Source: Octopus sinensis (Eukaryota). From it: DNA of 64,000 bases. Under the pieces are notes generated by a model. That model saw only the letters and a list, made by a program, of their open reading frames with translations. It was not told the origin of the DNA and searched no databases. Location: positions 2,666,001-2,730,000 of the forward strand of contig NC_043011.1 of the NCBI RefSeq assembly GCF_006345805.1, in the 5' to 3' direction. Both the position numbers and the translations under genes were made by a program. Shown here one piece after another: positions 35,690 through 50,605 of the stretch. Position 1 is the stretch's first letter. Each line of letters opens with the position of its first letter.

Positions 35690-38600
35690 ATGATGTAGGG
35701 AAAAGGTAGTTGAAAACGAAGCGTAGCACTGCATTCTAAGATATTAGCATAATAACTGTTTGTAATAATATAACTTCCTACTTTAAGCTAATCCTTCTAA
35801 GTTTAAATAACAGAAAAAAGGTAGTATGATTAAATTGATATAGGTGTTCTTATAATTAATATTTCTCACTGTAATGAAATTCTAACTTTCAATAAGCAAT
35901 ATCTGAAAATTTGGATTCGCAAATATAGCAAAAACATACCAATATTTGTATATGGAGGTAATGCATTACATAGGTTTAATAATGATAGCTCTAAGAATAA
36001 GAATAATGTGATGGTGGTGGTGGTGGTAATAGCAACAATGATAGTAGTAGTAGTATTAGTAATAGTTAGCCCAAGCAATGAATAATCTTGGGTTGCCTTG
36101 ACATATGACACATATATGGTCTGCTAATTGTCATTAATTTAGGTGCAATTAGGGTAGAGGTTTAGTCCCCAATACTTGATTGGTACTTTGTTTTATTTAC
36201 TTTTGAAAGGATGAAATGCAGAAGTGACATTAGTGGCATTTGAACTCAGAATGCAAAAGACAAAAAACAAAAAGTACTGAAAGACATTTTTCCTGGTTCT
36301 CAAATGATTGTACCAGATCACCACCTTTAGTCAAATACTACTACTACTACTACTACGAACAACAACACCACCACCACCACAGGTAAGAGGTAAATTTGTT
36401 GTTGAATGATGCAAGCAATTGAGTCTGCCTTAACAAAATTTACATGATTTTGATTTACTCTAAAAGTCTGTGAGTAAAACTGAATTAGGTGAAACTACAA
36501 CTGTTATTTATTTATTTTTTTTTATCTGAGTCAGATGTCGGGCAGAGCTCAAATACTTTTCAGAACCTCTATAGCTGGTGGTAGAAAGTTACCCTTAGAA
36601 AGCAAGTTCAAATACTCTGTCTGTCTTGCTGTTTGAAAGATTCAGTCAAGTAAATTATATGCTAGAATTTTTGCTAAAGTATACACTTCAGCAAGTTTAC
36701 TGATGTAGTGGAGAGAGAGAGAGAGACATTAAGTTGATGTACAATATTGTTGACAGAAAGTTGTGAAAATTAACATATTTTAAAAATATAATGTTAGTCA
36801 TTAGGCTAATCTTATTTTTCTCTCTGCATTATTAATTTTAATGAGATTTTTTGTTATACTGATTATATAAATATGGTAAATCAAAGTTAACTAATTATAG
36901 CTTTCCAAGAAAAGAATATTTCTAAATAAGTTTCTTCTGTGATTTATTTTTCAAATATGTTAAATTTTCTTGTGAATTCTGTCTTGCTGAGCAGATAAAA
37001 ATAAAACTGAAATATACCTGGGGTTATTTCCCTTTAATATAGGCAATACTGGAAATAATATTTGTCACTAATCTAATAATTTTCTTACTATGTACTTGTT
37101 TTTAAATAAATTGTTTGACATTGCTTTAATCTTTACATGACTATTATAGGTAATACTGGGGTTTAATCACAGCTAATGTTATTCTAGTAGTCTTGCTATT
37201 TTTATAAGTTAACTTTCCAAAGTATACAAAGTAAAAAAAACCAAAGAAATTAAGAATTAAGAGGAGCGAGAGAAAAGGAGGAGAATGTGTATGTGTATTT
37301 ATGTGTGTGTCAAGAGATGAATAAAATAGTTATATAATACCGAAGTCATATAATACTAAATGCTGCATAGCCATGTTGTGTATTATAAAGTGGATAATGA
37401 CTCATCAATATAAACTGTCTGTAAGAGCAAGTGAAAAATTATGCATTTCAGTATTCTGTGTCACACAATGTTGGCATAACTTAGTGTTAACATGGAAGAC
37501 TCTACAGTTAGGAAGGAGAATTGTCTCTATTCTGCTGTTTAACAGCTTCATTTAATTCTGTTTAAGAGATAAGACAGAATGGAAAATTGGTGAAAAGAGC
37601 AGCAGCAAGATAGACAAAGAACAATAGAGTGTGTTGGAAATGTCATGAAGTGAATAGAATAAATTGGTTCGTGAATCTAAGCTTGAGTAATAGGGCAGTC
37701 AGTTGGTGTTCTGCATATTATTGCTTTGCAGTAATGAAAATGAAATGGTAGTGCTGGTGGTGGTGGTGAATGTGGTGAAAATAGCAATGATTGGTATAGT
37801 AGAAGTGCTTGTGGGAGCAAGGACGGTGGTGGTAGTGTTGGTGGTTCTTGTTGGGGAAAATGGTTGTGGAAGTAATTCTTGTGGTGGTATGATAGTTATA
37901 ATGGTTATGGTAAGATGGTAGTTGTTAATGATGGTTATGAAAGTAGGTATTATGGTGGTATTGGTTAGGAAGTCAATAGTTTAGGATCTCATTGTGAATG
38001 TCACAAGTAAATTGTGTTCTAATCCAAAGCATTAAGCAGCTTAACATTTTCTTCCAGCATTAACAACAGGAATGAAGAAATCTCTTGAAAATGGATTGTA
38101 CTTCTTTACTTTTCCTTATCATCTGAAGAAAATCTAATCTAAATCTGCCCATGGTCGAAGCAATGTCCTCTACAACATAAATCACACTCAAAAAAATACT
38201 GAGTCTCAAAAGCATACTCAATCCAGTTTATCTCCTCCAACATTGGATCATATTTTATTTCCTGAAAGACATTTCTAGTAATCTGTGCTGTGCTCCTCTC
38301 TCTCTCCCCCTCCCCCTCTCTCGCCCCTTCTCTCTCTGTTGTACAACAGAGTTAATATTGTATTGAACACATAGTCAAAAAGCCATTTATATAGGGTCTG
38401 CTATGCTTAAGGATCTTCAGTCTAAACTCAAACTTGATGTTATGTTCTTTGAAGCACCATATGCTGTAGTATGACAAAGTCACAGGGTTTTTTTCAACAT
38501 ACCTCAATGCTAAAGTTTGGCTGAAGTCTGTCTTTTACCACTTCTGTGTATTGTTACATTCCATACATTTTCATTTAACAAAACAAAGACCTATAATAAG

Positions 38601-39191
38601 CTGAAATAGATCTGATTAACCATCTCTTCCTACTTCATTGGAACCTTCCTTCTTCTACAAATCGGGCCTGTGCTCCACAACAAATTTTCTCACTGAAATT
38701 TTCAGTTGTCTTCTATGTTATAAGTCTCCATTTACTCCTCCTCTGCCTTTTCTATTAAGACATCACATTTTCAGACTAATTCATTAATATGTAAGAAGCA
38801 ATATAAATAGTATCTTTGCTTCAATAAATCCAGAGTGTGTTCTCAGCAAATTAAAAATGAAAATGGCCCACTGCTAGTTTGCCAAAATTGCATACTGAAG
38901 TATTCAGTCCTTTGTGTTTTAAAATGAAGTGAAAAATTCACATACTTTTGTCTTTTATTCTTATTCCATTCACACTGAAGATGCTTTATAGGAATATTAA
39001 GCTAAAAATTAAATAACTCTTTATTCTAAGAGTCTTGCAAGAACAAAAGACAAAGTTCGTATCTGTGGTGTTTGAACTCTGAATGGAAAGGGTCAAAACT
39101 AAATACTGCAAACATTTTGTCTGATGATTCGATCACATCAAGTATTTAGCAATGACTGAGGAATTTCACTAGTAGTTTTGAGCTTTTTTTT

Positions 39192-39496
39192 TTTGTTTGT
39201 TCCTTCTCAAGCCATGCCTGGCTCATAAGGGCCAGTTTTCCGGTTTCTTGGCATATAGGTTCCCCACCTGGACAGGACGCCGGTCCGTCGCAGGTGAGCT
39301 GCAAGATGCAGAAGGAAATAGTGAGAGCAAGTTGTGGTGAAAGAGTCAGCAGAAGTTTTGCCATTACCTTCTGCTGGAGCCGCGTGGAGCTTAGGTGTTT
39401 CACTCATAAACACGCACATCGCTCAGTCTGAGATTTGAACCCATGATCCCTCGACCACGAGTCCACTGCTCTAACCACTAGGCCATGTGCCTCCAC
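39192..39496 (-). mobile_element. SINE family C (tRNA-derived)
   Basis: Minus strand GTGGAGGCACATGGCCTAGTGGTTAGAGC...GGGTTCAAATC (A/B boxes), a body, CTGCGACGGACCGGCGTCCTGTCCAGG and an A-rich tail. Confidence 0.8.
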
Positions 39497-41990
39497 AGTT
39501 TTGAGCTTGTATGCAATGTAGTCTTGAATTTATAGGAGAAACTAATCTTAACAAGTTACATGTATTTAAGATGATCTCAGGACTATACATTTGGTTTAAC
39601 AGTTCATGGTTCAGGAAAACTACATTATTTTTCAATTTTGTGCATGTGTGTGTGTGCATGCTTACACGTGCATGAGTGAGTGCACACATACCATGCACCA
39701 TATAGTTTTCTCAACGGTGAGAATGAAAAGCAGGGCAATATTAACACAGCTTAAGCAATTTCTTCTTAATTTAATACATTTTCTTTTAGCTGCCTATAAA
39801 AATGTTTGTTATTTTTTTATTCCTTTACATCTAATCTAAGACTTCCAAGTGGTTATTCTATATTCAAATATTTTTCAGTTATATATCTATAATCTAGATA
39901 AAAGTGAAATATTGAATAATGATATGTAAATATTGATATACACATTTGAAATAGCAATGAAAGTTTGATTATAAATTCAATTCATAACACTGTTTTTTCT
40001 TGTTGTTGTTTTCACTTCTATTTAGCTTTAAACGAGCAACGACTACGTAGAATCTAATTCAGTGTCAATGTATTTATTATTGGTAACTCATTCCAGACTT
40101 CAACAAGATTTAATTTTAATTTTATAGCTGCTTACAAAGACTCTTTTTATTTAGATTTTGATCTGGCAATCAGGACACAAACTGTTTTGTATATCTTCAG
40201 CTTTGATACTTGTATCCAATTCTTACTACCAGGATTTTGATTCTTCCACAAAAAATAAGAGCACATCAGAAATGACTCACCTAAATTGTTAATGATTTAG
40301 AATGGTATAAAAGAAGAAAAATTATTTGAATGTGATAAAACTTCACACCACTGACCTGGTTTATTACAAATTCTACATATGCTAAATTGTTGACCACATT
40401 CTACTCAAAGCTATCTATATTATTATCTAAACACAATGTTTAAAATACTTAATAGTAAGGAACTTAAAGCCTATGGTGAACCAACTCTGCTATGCCAACT
40501 CAAGTTTCAGTCATAGACATGCATTCACTTACTCAGCTGTGAAACACATAAAAGTAGTCGGCAACATTTTATTTCTTTTCTATTATGACTTAATATTCAA
40601 TAAAGATAAAGGAAAAAAAAACCCTTCAAATGGAGAGTAGATGCCAAAGCAAGAAATCTGATATTGGAATTTTCTTTTTAGCACAAAAATAATTTACTCT
40701 AAATGAGCTTTGTTATACTATTTGTATTTATTCTAAGACCAAGGATGAATAAATGACAAAAACCAAATCTATCTAGATTCGAAACCTGAACTAAAATTTT
40801 AAAACATATTGAAAACTATTAGGTATTTAGCTTCATGATCTGCCATGTCTGTAAACTTTCTCCAATGTATTCAATTCATTGATGAGAAATTTTCAGTTCA
40901 CCTAATAACATAGTAACACTGTAAATATGTAGAATGTTAATCCAATTCTTCTCCCTTCATAGACAGACAGAATTGCCTAAAATAGCTGCATCATCTTTCA
41001 TTTTCACTTTCCAAATCTTTTGTAGTTTTATTCTATTTGACATGCATATCCTGCAGAGAGAACATTGTACATTTATTTGACATTATTCAACAGACCTTCT
41101 GTTCTCCCTTTTATTTTACAGCTAACAATAAAAACCATTAAACTTGGCATACAACCATGACTATTTCAACCCATTTGTATACCTATCAAGCATACTTAAC
41201 TCTAAAGAAACCAATAATGCTCACACAGCATCAACACTTTTCGTTTTTTTGGCAACAAAAGAAAGTCATAGAAATAGCACAACTATGTTTTTTTTTTCTT
41301 TCTGCTCTTACAATGTCAGAAGACTTGATACATTGCATGCCACTATGTATACATGTAAGTGAATTTTCAGAAAAAAAAAAAGAAACACTATCAAACAAAC
41401 AGAATAGAAAGCTGACTGTGAATAGTAAGTGCTGAACTGTAAGGAACTGAACTTACAAAGTAACAAGTCTATAACAACGTTTACATACCTCATTTTCATA
41501 TTTTTGCCTCATTTACATTGATAATGCTTTTAAGGAAGATGTGAAAGTCTCACCTTTTGCCTAGCTACCACAGAAGAGAATATTCTAAATCATCAAATAA
41601 TATCAAATGATATCATTGATTGGGGAATTACTAAACAGAAAATGGAATATTCTTTCCTGTGTGCACAGACACAGTAGAAAAATAATTTACTAGTTTTAAA
41701 TAAATTCTTTTGATCTTTTCTGGCTTTAGTTATTGAACTGCAGTGATATTGAGGCCTTGCCTTCAAGGATGTTAATCAGTCATATAGACCCCCGTTTCTT
41801 GTTTCAGTTTGGTATTTATTTTCTAGATGGCTTTTGACTCGGCTATAAGTTATGAGAAATAAAGGAATACTGCATAATCAACAACACCAATTTTTCTAAC
41901 AATGTATTTATAAGCACTAACATACACATACACACACACTCATACACACAGAGGTTTATGTGTGTGTGTGTGTACATATATATGTGTGTA

Positions 41991-42219
41991 TGGCGATGAG
42001 CTGGCAGAAACGTTAGCACGCCGGGCGAAATGTGTAGCCGTATTTCGTCAGCTGCTACGTTCTGAGTTCAAATTCCGCAGAGGTTGACTTTGCCTTTCAT
42101 CCTTTCGGGGTCGATAAATTAAGTAACAGTTACGCACTGGGGTCGATGTAATCAACTTAATTCGTTTTCTGTCCTTGTTTGTCCCCTCTATGTTTAGCCC
42201 CTTGTGGGTAATAAAGAAA
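41991..42219 (+). mobile_element. SINE family B, full-length (LINE-matching tail)
   Basis: Near-identical to 9436-9665; inserted in a TG/TA tract. Confidence 0.9.
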
Positions 42220-42284
42220 CACATATATATGTGTGTATGTGTGTATGTGTGTACATGTGTGTGTATACACACACACACAAATAT

Positions 42285-42520
42285 GAGGGCGTGTGGCTTA
42301 GTGGTTAATTGGTTGCATTCATGATTGTAAGATTCTGTTTTTGATTTCTTGGCCTAGTAGTGTTCTTCATTGCGTTCTTCAGCCAAACACTTTCGTTTTC
42401 CACTGTAATCACTTCGACGTCTGACTTGTGGTGCAGCATGCACTGATGGAGTAAGTGAGCTTATGTGCAGCGCAAATATTTGATCACTATAAATAATTTA
42501 TTGGTTGTTTGTCGAGAAAT
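42285..42520 (+). mobile_element. Old tRNA-derived SINE (diverged)
   Basis: GGCGTGTGGCTTAGTGGTT A-box head; B box decayed. Confidence 0.5.
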
Positions 42521-42709
42521 TACAGAACCATTTTTTCTTAAATACGAAACACTACCATTAATTAAAATTAATATATATACATCAATTCTAATTAATGGTG
42601 ATGCTCGAACATGTCTACAGTCTATTGCCTGAAACAAAAGGAAAAAGTATATATATAATATTATATGCTATTTTATTATATTATATTACATTATATTATA
42701 TATGCAAAT

Positions 42710-42740
<31 letters not shown>

Positions 42741-43814
42741 TTTGTAAAACTTCTAAAAACACTTCTTTAACAAAAAATAGCAACACATATTTACATCAGA
42801 TATTTCTTAATCTTGATTTATGATCTGAGATCATGATCAAGAGAAGGTCAAATCAGTTTGATTTTGTTTTTTTAGATATAAAAGCAACAAAAGTATAAAT
42901 AATATATTTCATACACTACAAACTATATATAAATCTTTCATTATTTTCTTCTAATATCTAACCAGTCTCTGAGGATTTCTTTTTGATATAGTTGGTAACT
43001 CCATTTGATATCAAATACGATTTCTAAATATCTCTTTACATATGTGTGTGTCTGTGTTGGTGTTTAAACACACACACACACACACACACACACATGCACA
43101 CATTGTAGCTTAAAAAACAGAAAAATTGTATGGTGTAGATTTTATATTTTACAAATCAGCTGATTTTTCATTCTGTTACTTTCCTGTTATGTACCTTCAA
43201 TCAGGTAATAATAAAATAAATAAAGGACTTTATTGGTGAGACTTCCCACTAAGATGATTTCAATTGGTCAAGAGAATCAGTCAAGAAGACAAGGTGGTAG
43301 TTTGTGTTTAGCCTTTGCTAATAATGTTGCTGCTGCAGTAGTTAGTTTGGGTTATAGTGTAAGAAAAAGCAATTTTATGTGACCTGCCATGATCAGGGTC
43401 AGGCATTATTCTGTGGAGATGATAGTGTGCAGATTTAATGGCTATGCTAATTCAATGAATATGCTGAGTTAATATTCTGAGTGGAAGTGTCTCTGGTGAT
43501 GACAGATAGACTATAATCTCAGTCCTCCACTTTTTAAAATCTCTGGCAGTTTCAGGAACTGAAATGCCCACAGCCATCTCACATAATAATCATGTGCCTC
43601 ATTGTTACATAAGTTAGTTATGTCTGTATGATTTCAATTCTATAGCCCTTTTGTTCTCAAATAAATTGTAACAAAGAGTTAGCATTCCTTTATCCTGAAT
43701 AAGTGTATATATTTATGCCATTCAATGATATTTGCATTTGTGTTCAGTATATATTCCTTTGAATACCATAATGGTTAAGTTTGATTTATATATTGATGCT
43801 AGAAAGAGAGAAGT

Positions 43815-44125
43815 GAAGGCATGTAGTTTAGTGATTAGGGTATTTGGCTCAAGATCATAAGGTTATGAGTTCAATACTTTGTGGTGCATTGTGTCCTTGA
43901 GCAAGACATTTTATTTCATGTTGCTCCAGTCCACTCAGCTGGCAAAAATGAGTTGTACATGTATTTCAAATGGCCAGCCTTGTCACATTCTCTGTTGCAC
44001 TGGATCTCCCTGAGAACTACATTAAGGGTACACGTGTCTGTGAAGTGCTCAGCCACTTGCACATTAATTTCAGGAGCAGGTTGTTCCATTGATCAGATCA
44101 ACTGGAACCCTTGTCATCATATTCA
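43815..44125 (+). mobile_element. SINE family D (tRNA head with GTGTCCTTGAGCAAGACA core)
   Basis: A box TAGTTTAGTGATT, B box GAGTTCAATAC, and a CORE/V-SINE-like central motif. Confidence 0.7.
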
Positions 44126-44229
44126 GCAGAGGGGGCCACTAGAGTGGTAGAAAGAGAAACGGAGAGAGATATGATCTTTTAAGCAATTTGAGACCTTTCT
44201 GCTGTTTCAAGTTGGTTGTTGAGATTAGG

Positions 44230-44460
44230 GTTTTTGGGGGGTATTCCTTGGATTATGGTGTATGATTTAGGGAGTAATGGAAGACAAAAACAATTGACTT
44301 TTAGTGTATTGTTATTAAAACACATTGTTGTATTTATGCAAAGGTGGTAAATAGTATTTTACTAATTTTGCTAGATACAGAATGTTCTTGGCTATGTTGC
44401 TGATAACATTTGTTCTAAATGCTCACTCAAACCAAATCAAGTTTATCTTCCTAGTTCTGG

Positions 44461-44541
<81 letters not shown>

Positions 44542-45400
44542 GTTCCCTGAGTATTAGTTTCTTACTTAAGTCGCTAGTTTCATAGAATCAGGAATGACTA
44601 TTGACAATATGTCATTTATGGCATTTACAAGGTTCTAAATTTCAGGGATGACATCTCTTGCATATGTATACGGTTTTCTTATTGGTTTTCTGAAGGCTGA
44701 TAATTGCCTAATGTCTAAATGAGTAGCTGATGTTTGAATGGTGCTAATGTTGATGAATAAAGGAGTATTGTTTTGAATGTTCTGATCAGATACTCTTCAA
44801 GTCTTCCCATTACGCAGCCTTGCAGGATTTATATATTTACTAAGCTGTTGTCTCTCTACAATTCAGATGTGGTTCAATTCCTGAGGATGTCAAAGATGAA
44901 GAGTTTCATAAGATCCAAGCATTTGCTTCACAGTACCTCCCCATAGAATATCAAAAAAAAAAAAGAAAAGACTCTTTATCTTTTGTAACAAAGTAGGAAT
45001 CATCATACCAAAGGAGGGACTTCTTACTTTTCCTTATTATTCTTGTAGTAAGTTTGCTAATGTTGATAAATTTCCTCTTGAGTTGCAGGTTGTGCAGTAA
45101 AAAGGAATTCGATATAGATGCGTTGAAGTTTATGTCAAAACGGATAAGCCAGCAAAGCAGACTTCTTTCTGTGTTGTTGAACCACTTGCTTCGGTTGCAT
45201 TGCTGTTCCATTCTACAAGTTTCATAAAATTCTTAATTCGAAAGTGAAATGTATCAAGAATACACTTACTGACTGAACAAAGCTCATTTTTATCTGAGTA
45301 AATTAATCTACACCTATAGTTGAAAACTCAAGTGAACTGAACATATAGTTCATGAGGGTGATGAAGGGTTTGTCCATGTTGATGTTTGTCCCAAGATATT
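44230..45400 (-). mobile_element. Decayed Penelope-like reverse transcriptase
   Basis: Minus strand CRLI...SKCILD; KWF...IRFDI; IIRKSKKSLL; L*RDNSL (YRDD-like); RKPN; RKINLIWF...VFNNNTLKV, in PLE RT order and split by a (TG)n expansion. Confidence 0.8.
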
Positions 45401-45516
45401 AACTTTTAACTGGGAGATAAATTCTTTAACTTTTATTTAGATAGTGTTCTTTACACTACACTCACACACACATATATAGATATAAATATACGTATGCTTA
45501 TATATTTATATAAATA

Positions 45517-45736
45517 CGTGGCTGTTGCCAGCCTCGTCTGGCATCTGTGCCGGTGGCACGTAAAAAGCACCCACTACACTCACGGAGTGGTTGGCGTTAG
45601 GAAGGGCATCCAGCTGTAGAAACACTGCCAGATCAGACTGGAGCCTGGTGCAGCCTTCTGGCTTCCCAGACCCCAGTCGAACCATCCAACCCATGCTAGC
45701 ATGGAAAGCGGACATTAAACGATGATGATGATGATG
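45517..45736 (+). mobile_element. RTE-type LINE 3' UTR fragment with (GAT)n tail
   Basis: GGTGGCACGTAAAAAGCACCC...GGCGTTAGGAAGGGCATCCAGCTGTAGAAAC...AAACGATGATGATG; same sequence as the 3' end of 60400-60913. Confidence 0.85.
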
Positions 45737-46877
45737 TATCAAATCTTGTAATTAGACAATACTATATTTCATGGCAGTTGACTGATTTGCATGCAGTCAT
45801 TCAAAATCAATCCAATCTGTAGGCTACAAACAAGCAGCATTGTGGAAATCCAGTTATTCAATTGTTATGTAAAAAAGAGGAGAAATTACTCAGTATGAGG
45901 TATACAGTTGCAAATCAAATATCTTGATGCATGTCAACAGAATCAAGGAACTCTGACCTTTCTTTTAAGCTATGTTAGTTTTAGAGTAAGGTGTGGTATA
46001 TGTCAGCCCATTTTCAGCATAAGTATGAGTGAAAGAAGTGATGCGTATCTGATATCAAATGTTCTTAAATTTGCATATTGATTGTAAATGAAATAGCATT
46101 TGACTTATGAAAAACCAAACGTACTTGGACAAGTATATTGTGATTATTTTTTAAGTGCTTGAATGAACGGATGTTCTGAGTAAAGAGTGTCTGGAAATTA
46201 TTAGCAGTCAAATAATGATATTATATAGATACACTAGCCTTGTCATGTTATACTGCAATTAAGGGGGAAAAAGTTTGAAACAATATAATTACAGGTAGGA
46301 GGTAATTCAGTTTTATTGATATAAGAAAATTTTTTTTGAATAGAAATATTTCATAGAGCTGATAAAATTTTTGCATCAAAAATAACTAAAATTAATCAAA
46401 TTCCTGTTTAAAGATAATACAATGCTCCTGGTTCTTTGGGAAATGGAAATAAATTAAGTTTAGAAATCTTCGGTAGTATTCATAATCATATCTAAACCGT
46501 AATTTTAATTGTATCACATGATGTTGTTTGGTCTCCTTTTACATTAGGGAGTATTAGTGCAGATACGCTATTGTATGTTAACAGAAAACCTCAGTATAAT
46601 AATGGCAAATGTTAAAATACGTGGCTTCTGTAGAAGATAATGTTGACATGTTTAGGAATAATAAAAATTAATGATTTTACAGAAAATTGAATGAATGATT
46701 GAAAGTCTTATTTAGATAAAAGATACTATCAGTATTCAAATGTTTATCAAAAATTGTTCTCCATTTAAACGTTTCGATCTTGGTTTTACAGCCAAAATTC
46801 AGAGTGCATTATTTATTAAGGCATGTGAGAGGTATCATCCTTCATTAGAGTAAAGGGAAAAATTACTTTACATTATA

Positions 46878-47266
46878 CTAGCAGTATCGCCCAGCGTTGC
46901 TCGGTTTGTAAGGGAAATAACTATATAAACATTTTTAGAGATGTAAAGTATAATAGCCATCTCAATATGGCTAACCACAAAGGGGGGTGTTACTGTAGCT
47001 TTTTACGTTCTGAGATTTAATAAATTTTAAGAGAGTTACTTCCCTTATATATGCCAAAAATGCATTAAAAATGGGAAAAATTGATGGTAAATTCTTTTTA
47101 AAATCGTAGACTCATCGTAGACGCGCTAATACCCAGAAGGGCTCGATATGAATCACGACTATAAGATACCCGATTTTGGTTAAACTGCATCGCAAAATGT
47201 GGGAGTAGTTAGGAATCTAAATCGTAGGAGACAGACAGCACACAACCTTACTTTTATATATAAAGA
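46878..47266 (-). mobile_element. Non-autonomous Helitron
   Basis: Minus strand starts A|TCTTTATATATAAAAG and ends with a GC-rich hairpin-like CCGAGCAACGCTGGG plus CTAG|T; A/T target, no TSD. Confidence 0.8.
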
Positions 47267-47619
47267 TATCTTCTTGCTCTTTTATGTTCTGAGTTGAAAT
47301 CCTGCCATGGTCAGCTTTACCTTTTATTCTCTCAAGGTTGACAAAATATCAGTAAAGTACAGGTACCTATGGTATTGCCTAATGCACCTCTACACATATA
47401 CATCTCAATTTTTTTTACCTAGTGCCTAAGTTAGAACTCAATCTTGTGGTTGTTGCCTTCATAGCTAATCTTGTAATGAGCTCAAACATTAGTAAACATA
47501 CAATTGGTGATGGCTGAGAATATGAAATAGCTTTCTCTCTTACCCTCTCTGAGGAGAGAAAAAACAAACTGTTTCATGCTGATTCATTTCTTACTAGATG
47601 TTAATAGTAACAACAACAA

Positions 47620-47979
47620 CATCATCATCATCATCATCATCATCGTTTAACGTCCGTTCTCCATGCTAGCATGGGTTGGACGGTTCGACCGGGGATCTGG
47701 GAAGCCAGAAGGCTGCACCAGGCTCTGGTCTTATCTGGCAATGTTTCTACAGCTGGATGCCCTTCCTAACACCAACCACTAGTGAGTGTAGTGGGTGCTT
47801 TTTATGTGCCACCTGCACTGGTGCCAGGCGAGGCTGGAATTGGCCACGGTCGGATTGGTGCATTTTATGTGCCACCTGCACGGAAGCCAGTCAAGGCGGC
47901 ACTGGCTTCGGCCATGATTCGGATGGTGCTTTTTACGTGTCACCGACATGGAAGCCAGTCGAGGCGGCACTGGCATCAC
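47620..47979 (-). mobile_element. RTE-type LINE 3' UTR fragment with about 3 internal tandem units
   Basis: (CAT)n start; units GTGCTTTTTATGTGCCACC... spaced about 63-68 bp. Confidence 0.85.
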
Positions 47980-48629
47980 ATTAATAATAATAATTGAAAT
48001 TCAACTAGAGGCTTGCAAATTTGAGATTTATTTTATAGTAATAAAGGTAATAAAAAATGATAACATTTTAATAAGATATTCGTATTTCAATCTTAAACTG
48101 ATCTGTTCACTGAGACAGTGAATTCTAGATTATTTTCGAAAATCAGAAAGAAGTCAGAAGATATTTTTTTCATTTTTATTTTTCAAATCTGATATAAAGA
48201 TTTTAAAATTAGAAAATTAATGAGAAAGTGAGAGAGAGAGAATCTGTGTGTGTGTGTTGAATGGATTAATTTCCTTTCATTTTTAATTCTATCATAGGTT
48301 TTGATAGTAGTCTGTTCTTAGATTCCAAAATCTTTCACAAAGTTTTTGATAAGAGTAAAATTTAACACAAGGTGTATGATGATATCCTGAAAATTAGCTA
48401 AACTAAAACTAGTATCAACTGTAACACACAAACCTATTGTACTAAATTTTGTGAAATTTTTTTCTAAATCTATCAAGTTGGTGACTGTTCATATTGTACA
48501 AGATTAAAAGCTATTACATTCATAAATACGATTTGGTATTGTTGATCAACTTGAAAAACAAAACATTTACAGGGAGTGGGATCCTATACATTAAGTACAT
48601 TAAAATTTAAGGATAATATTTATTAGACT

Positions 48630-49066
48630 GGTACCTTGAGTCTTCGAGCAGCCACCCTTTTCACCCAGGACTGCCATACCTCCTCTAAGTACTTGATGTA
48701 GGCCTCCGTATTGAGTCTAAGGTCGAGTTGGAAGATGAATGGAGGCAAAACGACACCATCACTAGTGATCACTCCAAATACCATGGTGTTAATTGGATTT
48801 TGATTTTTATCCCCCTCGGTAATGCTTTGGGGACACAGCAAGCCAATGGTAGTTCCGTGTGTTCACCATCTGTTCGTAATGGAGCTTCTGGCATGAATGC
48901 CAAGCAGTAGACCAAATTTCTGGCAGAGTGTTGCGTCATGGTGCTGTTTTCCTCACAGTGTCCAGCTGACCCTACTAAACTATGTTGTTGACAAAATCGA
49001 AAACTAACAATGCACATGCATAAAATTAAAAACATAAAATGGCGACGATTTACTCTTTGCACTCTG
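48630..49066 (-). mobile_element. Partial second copy of the 7207-8094 mariner family
   Basis: MVFGVITSDGVVLPPFIF...LRLNTEAYIKYLEEV; right end matches 7940-8094, including the TIR. Confidence 0.85.
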
Positions 49067-49134
49067 TATGTATAATATATATGTGTGTGTGAGTGTATGT
49101 ATGTATATATGCATGTATAATAAATATATGTATG

Positions 49135-49168
<34 letters not shown>

Positions 49169-49171
<3 letters not shown>

Positions 49172-49343
49172 CACGTAAAAAGCACCCACTACACTTGGCG
49201 TTAGGAAGGACATACAGCTGTAGAAACTCTGCCAGATCAGACTGGAGCTTGGTGCAGCCCCTGGCTTCCCAGACCCCGGTCGAACCGTCCAACCCGTGCT
49301 AGCACGGAAAATGGACGTTAAACGATGATGATGATGATGATGA

Positions 49344-49344
<1 letters not shown>
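49169..49344 (+). mobile_element. RTE-type LINE 3' UTR fragment in (TA)n
   Basis: Same motifs and (GAT)n tail. Confidence 0.85.
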
Positions 49345-49374
<30 letters not shown>

Positions 49375-50354
49375 GTATACATACATGTGCATGGGTGTGT
49401 ATGTATATATATATATATATATAGATATAGTATATATATATATACGTGTGTAAATTGAATTTCATTTTGTTTTGTTTTTTTATTTAATATACAGAATCTG
49501 AGTGTTTAAGTTTTTAATAATGTTATTCACTTGTTGGCATGTTTATGCATGTGTGTTTGTATGTATGTATATATGTGTAGTCTTCATTGTGTGTATATGA
49601 GTATGTCTTTGTGTGTTTAAAGCAGGTGTTTGCAAAGTTGTAAGAAAATTTTAAATTATTGTTTTAGAAATTGGGTTTGAAATAATTTCTTAAGAGTACA
49701 GTTAGGGTGCTTGTGTATGCTTCCATGTGTGTGTGTGTGTGTGGGTGGGGGTGGGGGTTGCATGCATGTGTGGTACTACTTTTAGAACTTGAATCATGAG
49801 TTGAAATTTTCATGGATGTGAGTGAGGTGAGTGTGGATGACTATCTGCATGTGGAATATGTTTGAACTTACTAGAAATAGATAACTTTTAGAGACAAAAA
49901 AATAACTTAAACCTTAGTAAAGATAATATTTAGCTAAAACAACTAAAAAATTAAGGTTTGTTTCTAAGTGTAAAATTATGCTTGAATCATGTTTTTGATA
50001 ACAAGTAGGCTGAATTTAAGGGGTGGAAGATAGGGAAATATAAGCTTGGTAAGATTACAGGGAGAAGAATTGTGAAAATTTTTTAGATAGATTGAGCAGA
50101 GAAAGTACTAACTTGCAAAGAAAATGAAAGAATTCCTCTGTGTGGTTTCTCAAACTGCAAGTAGTGTGTGGTATAATCATCACGAATTCAGTTATTCTTA
50201 ATTTAAGTTAATATTTTTGATTTTAGAATTTCTTTGCACTAAGCTAAAACATTTCTATCTTATTTTTACTATTAGTAGAATGAAAAATATAAAAATAGCT
50301 ATAAGTAATTATAAATAGATGCATTGCCTGGAAAAAAAGTGGACTATAATAGGT

Positions 50355-50525
50355 GCAGGAGTGGCTGTGTGGTAAGTAGCTTGCATACCAACTACATGGT
50401 TCCAGGTTCAGTCCCATTGCGTGGCACCTTGGGCAAGTTTCTTCTATTATAACCTCGGGCCAACCAAAGCCTTGTGAGTGGATTTGGTAGATGGGAACTG
50501 AAAGAAACCCATCGTATATATGTAT

Positions 50526-50605
<80 letters not shown>

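Noticed and set aside
40026-40290. Exon-like segments on both strands (LNEQRLRRI*; ESFLMCSYFLW...)
   Set aside because: Stops occur before any donor and there is no linking evidence
47790-47979. Spaced repeats resembling a CRISPR array or an HDV-like ribozyme (CCAGCCTCGCCTGGC)
   Set aside because: The 'spacers' are homologous to each other and lie in a eukaryotic LINE UTR; the HDV nested double pseudoknot could not be completed
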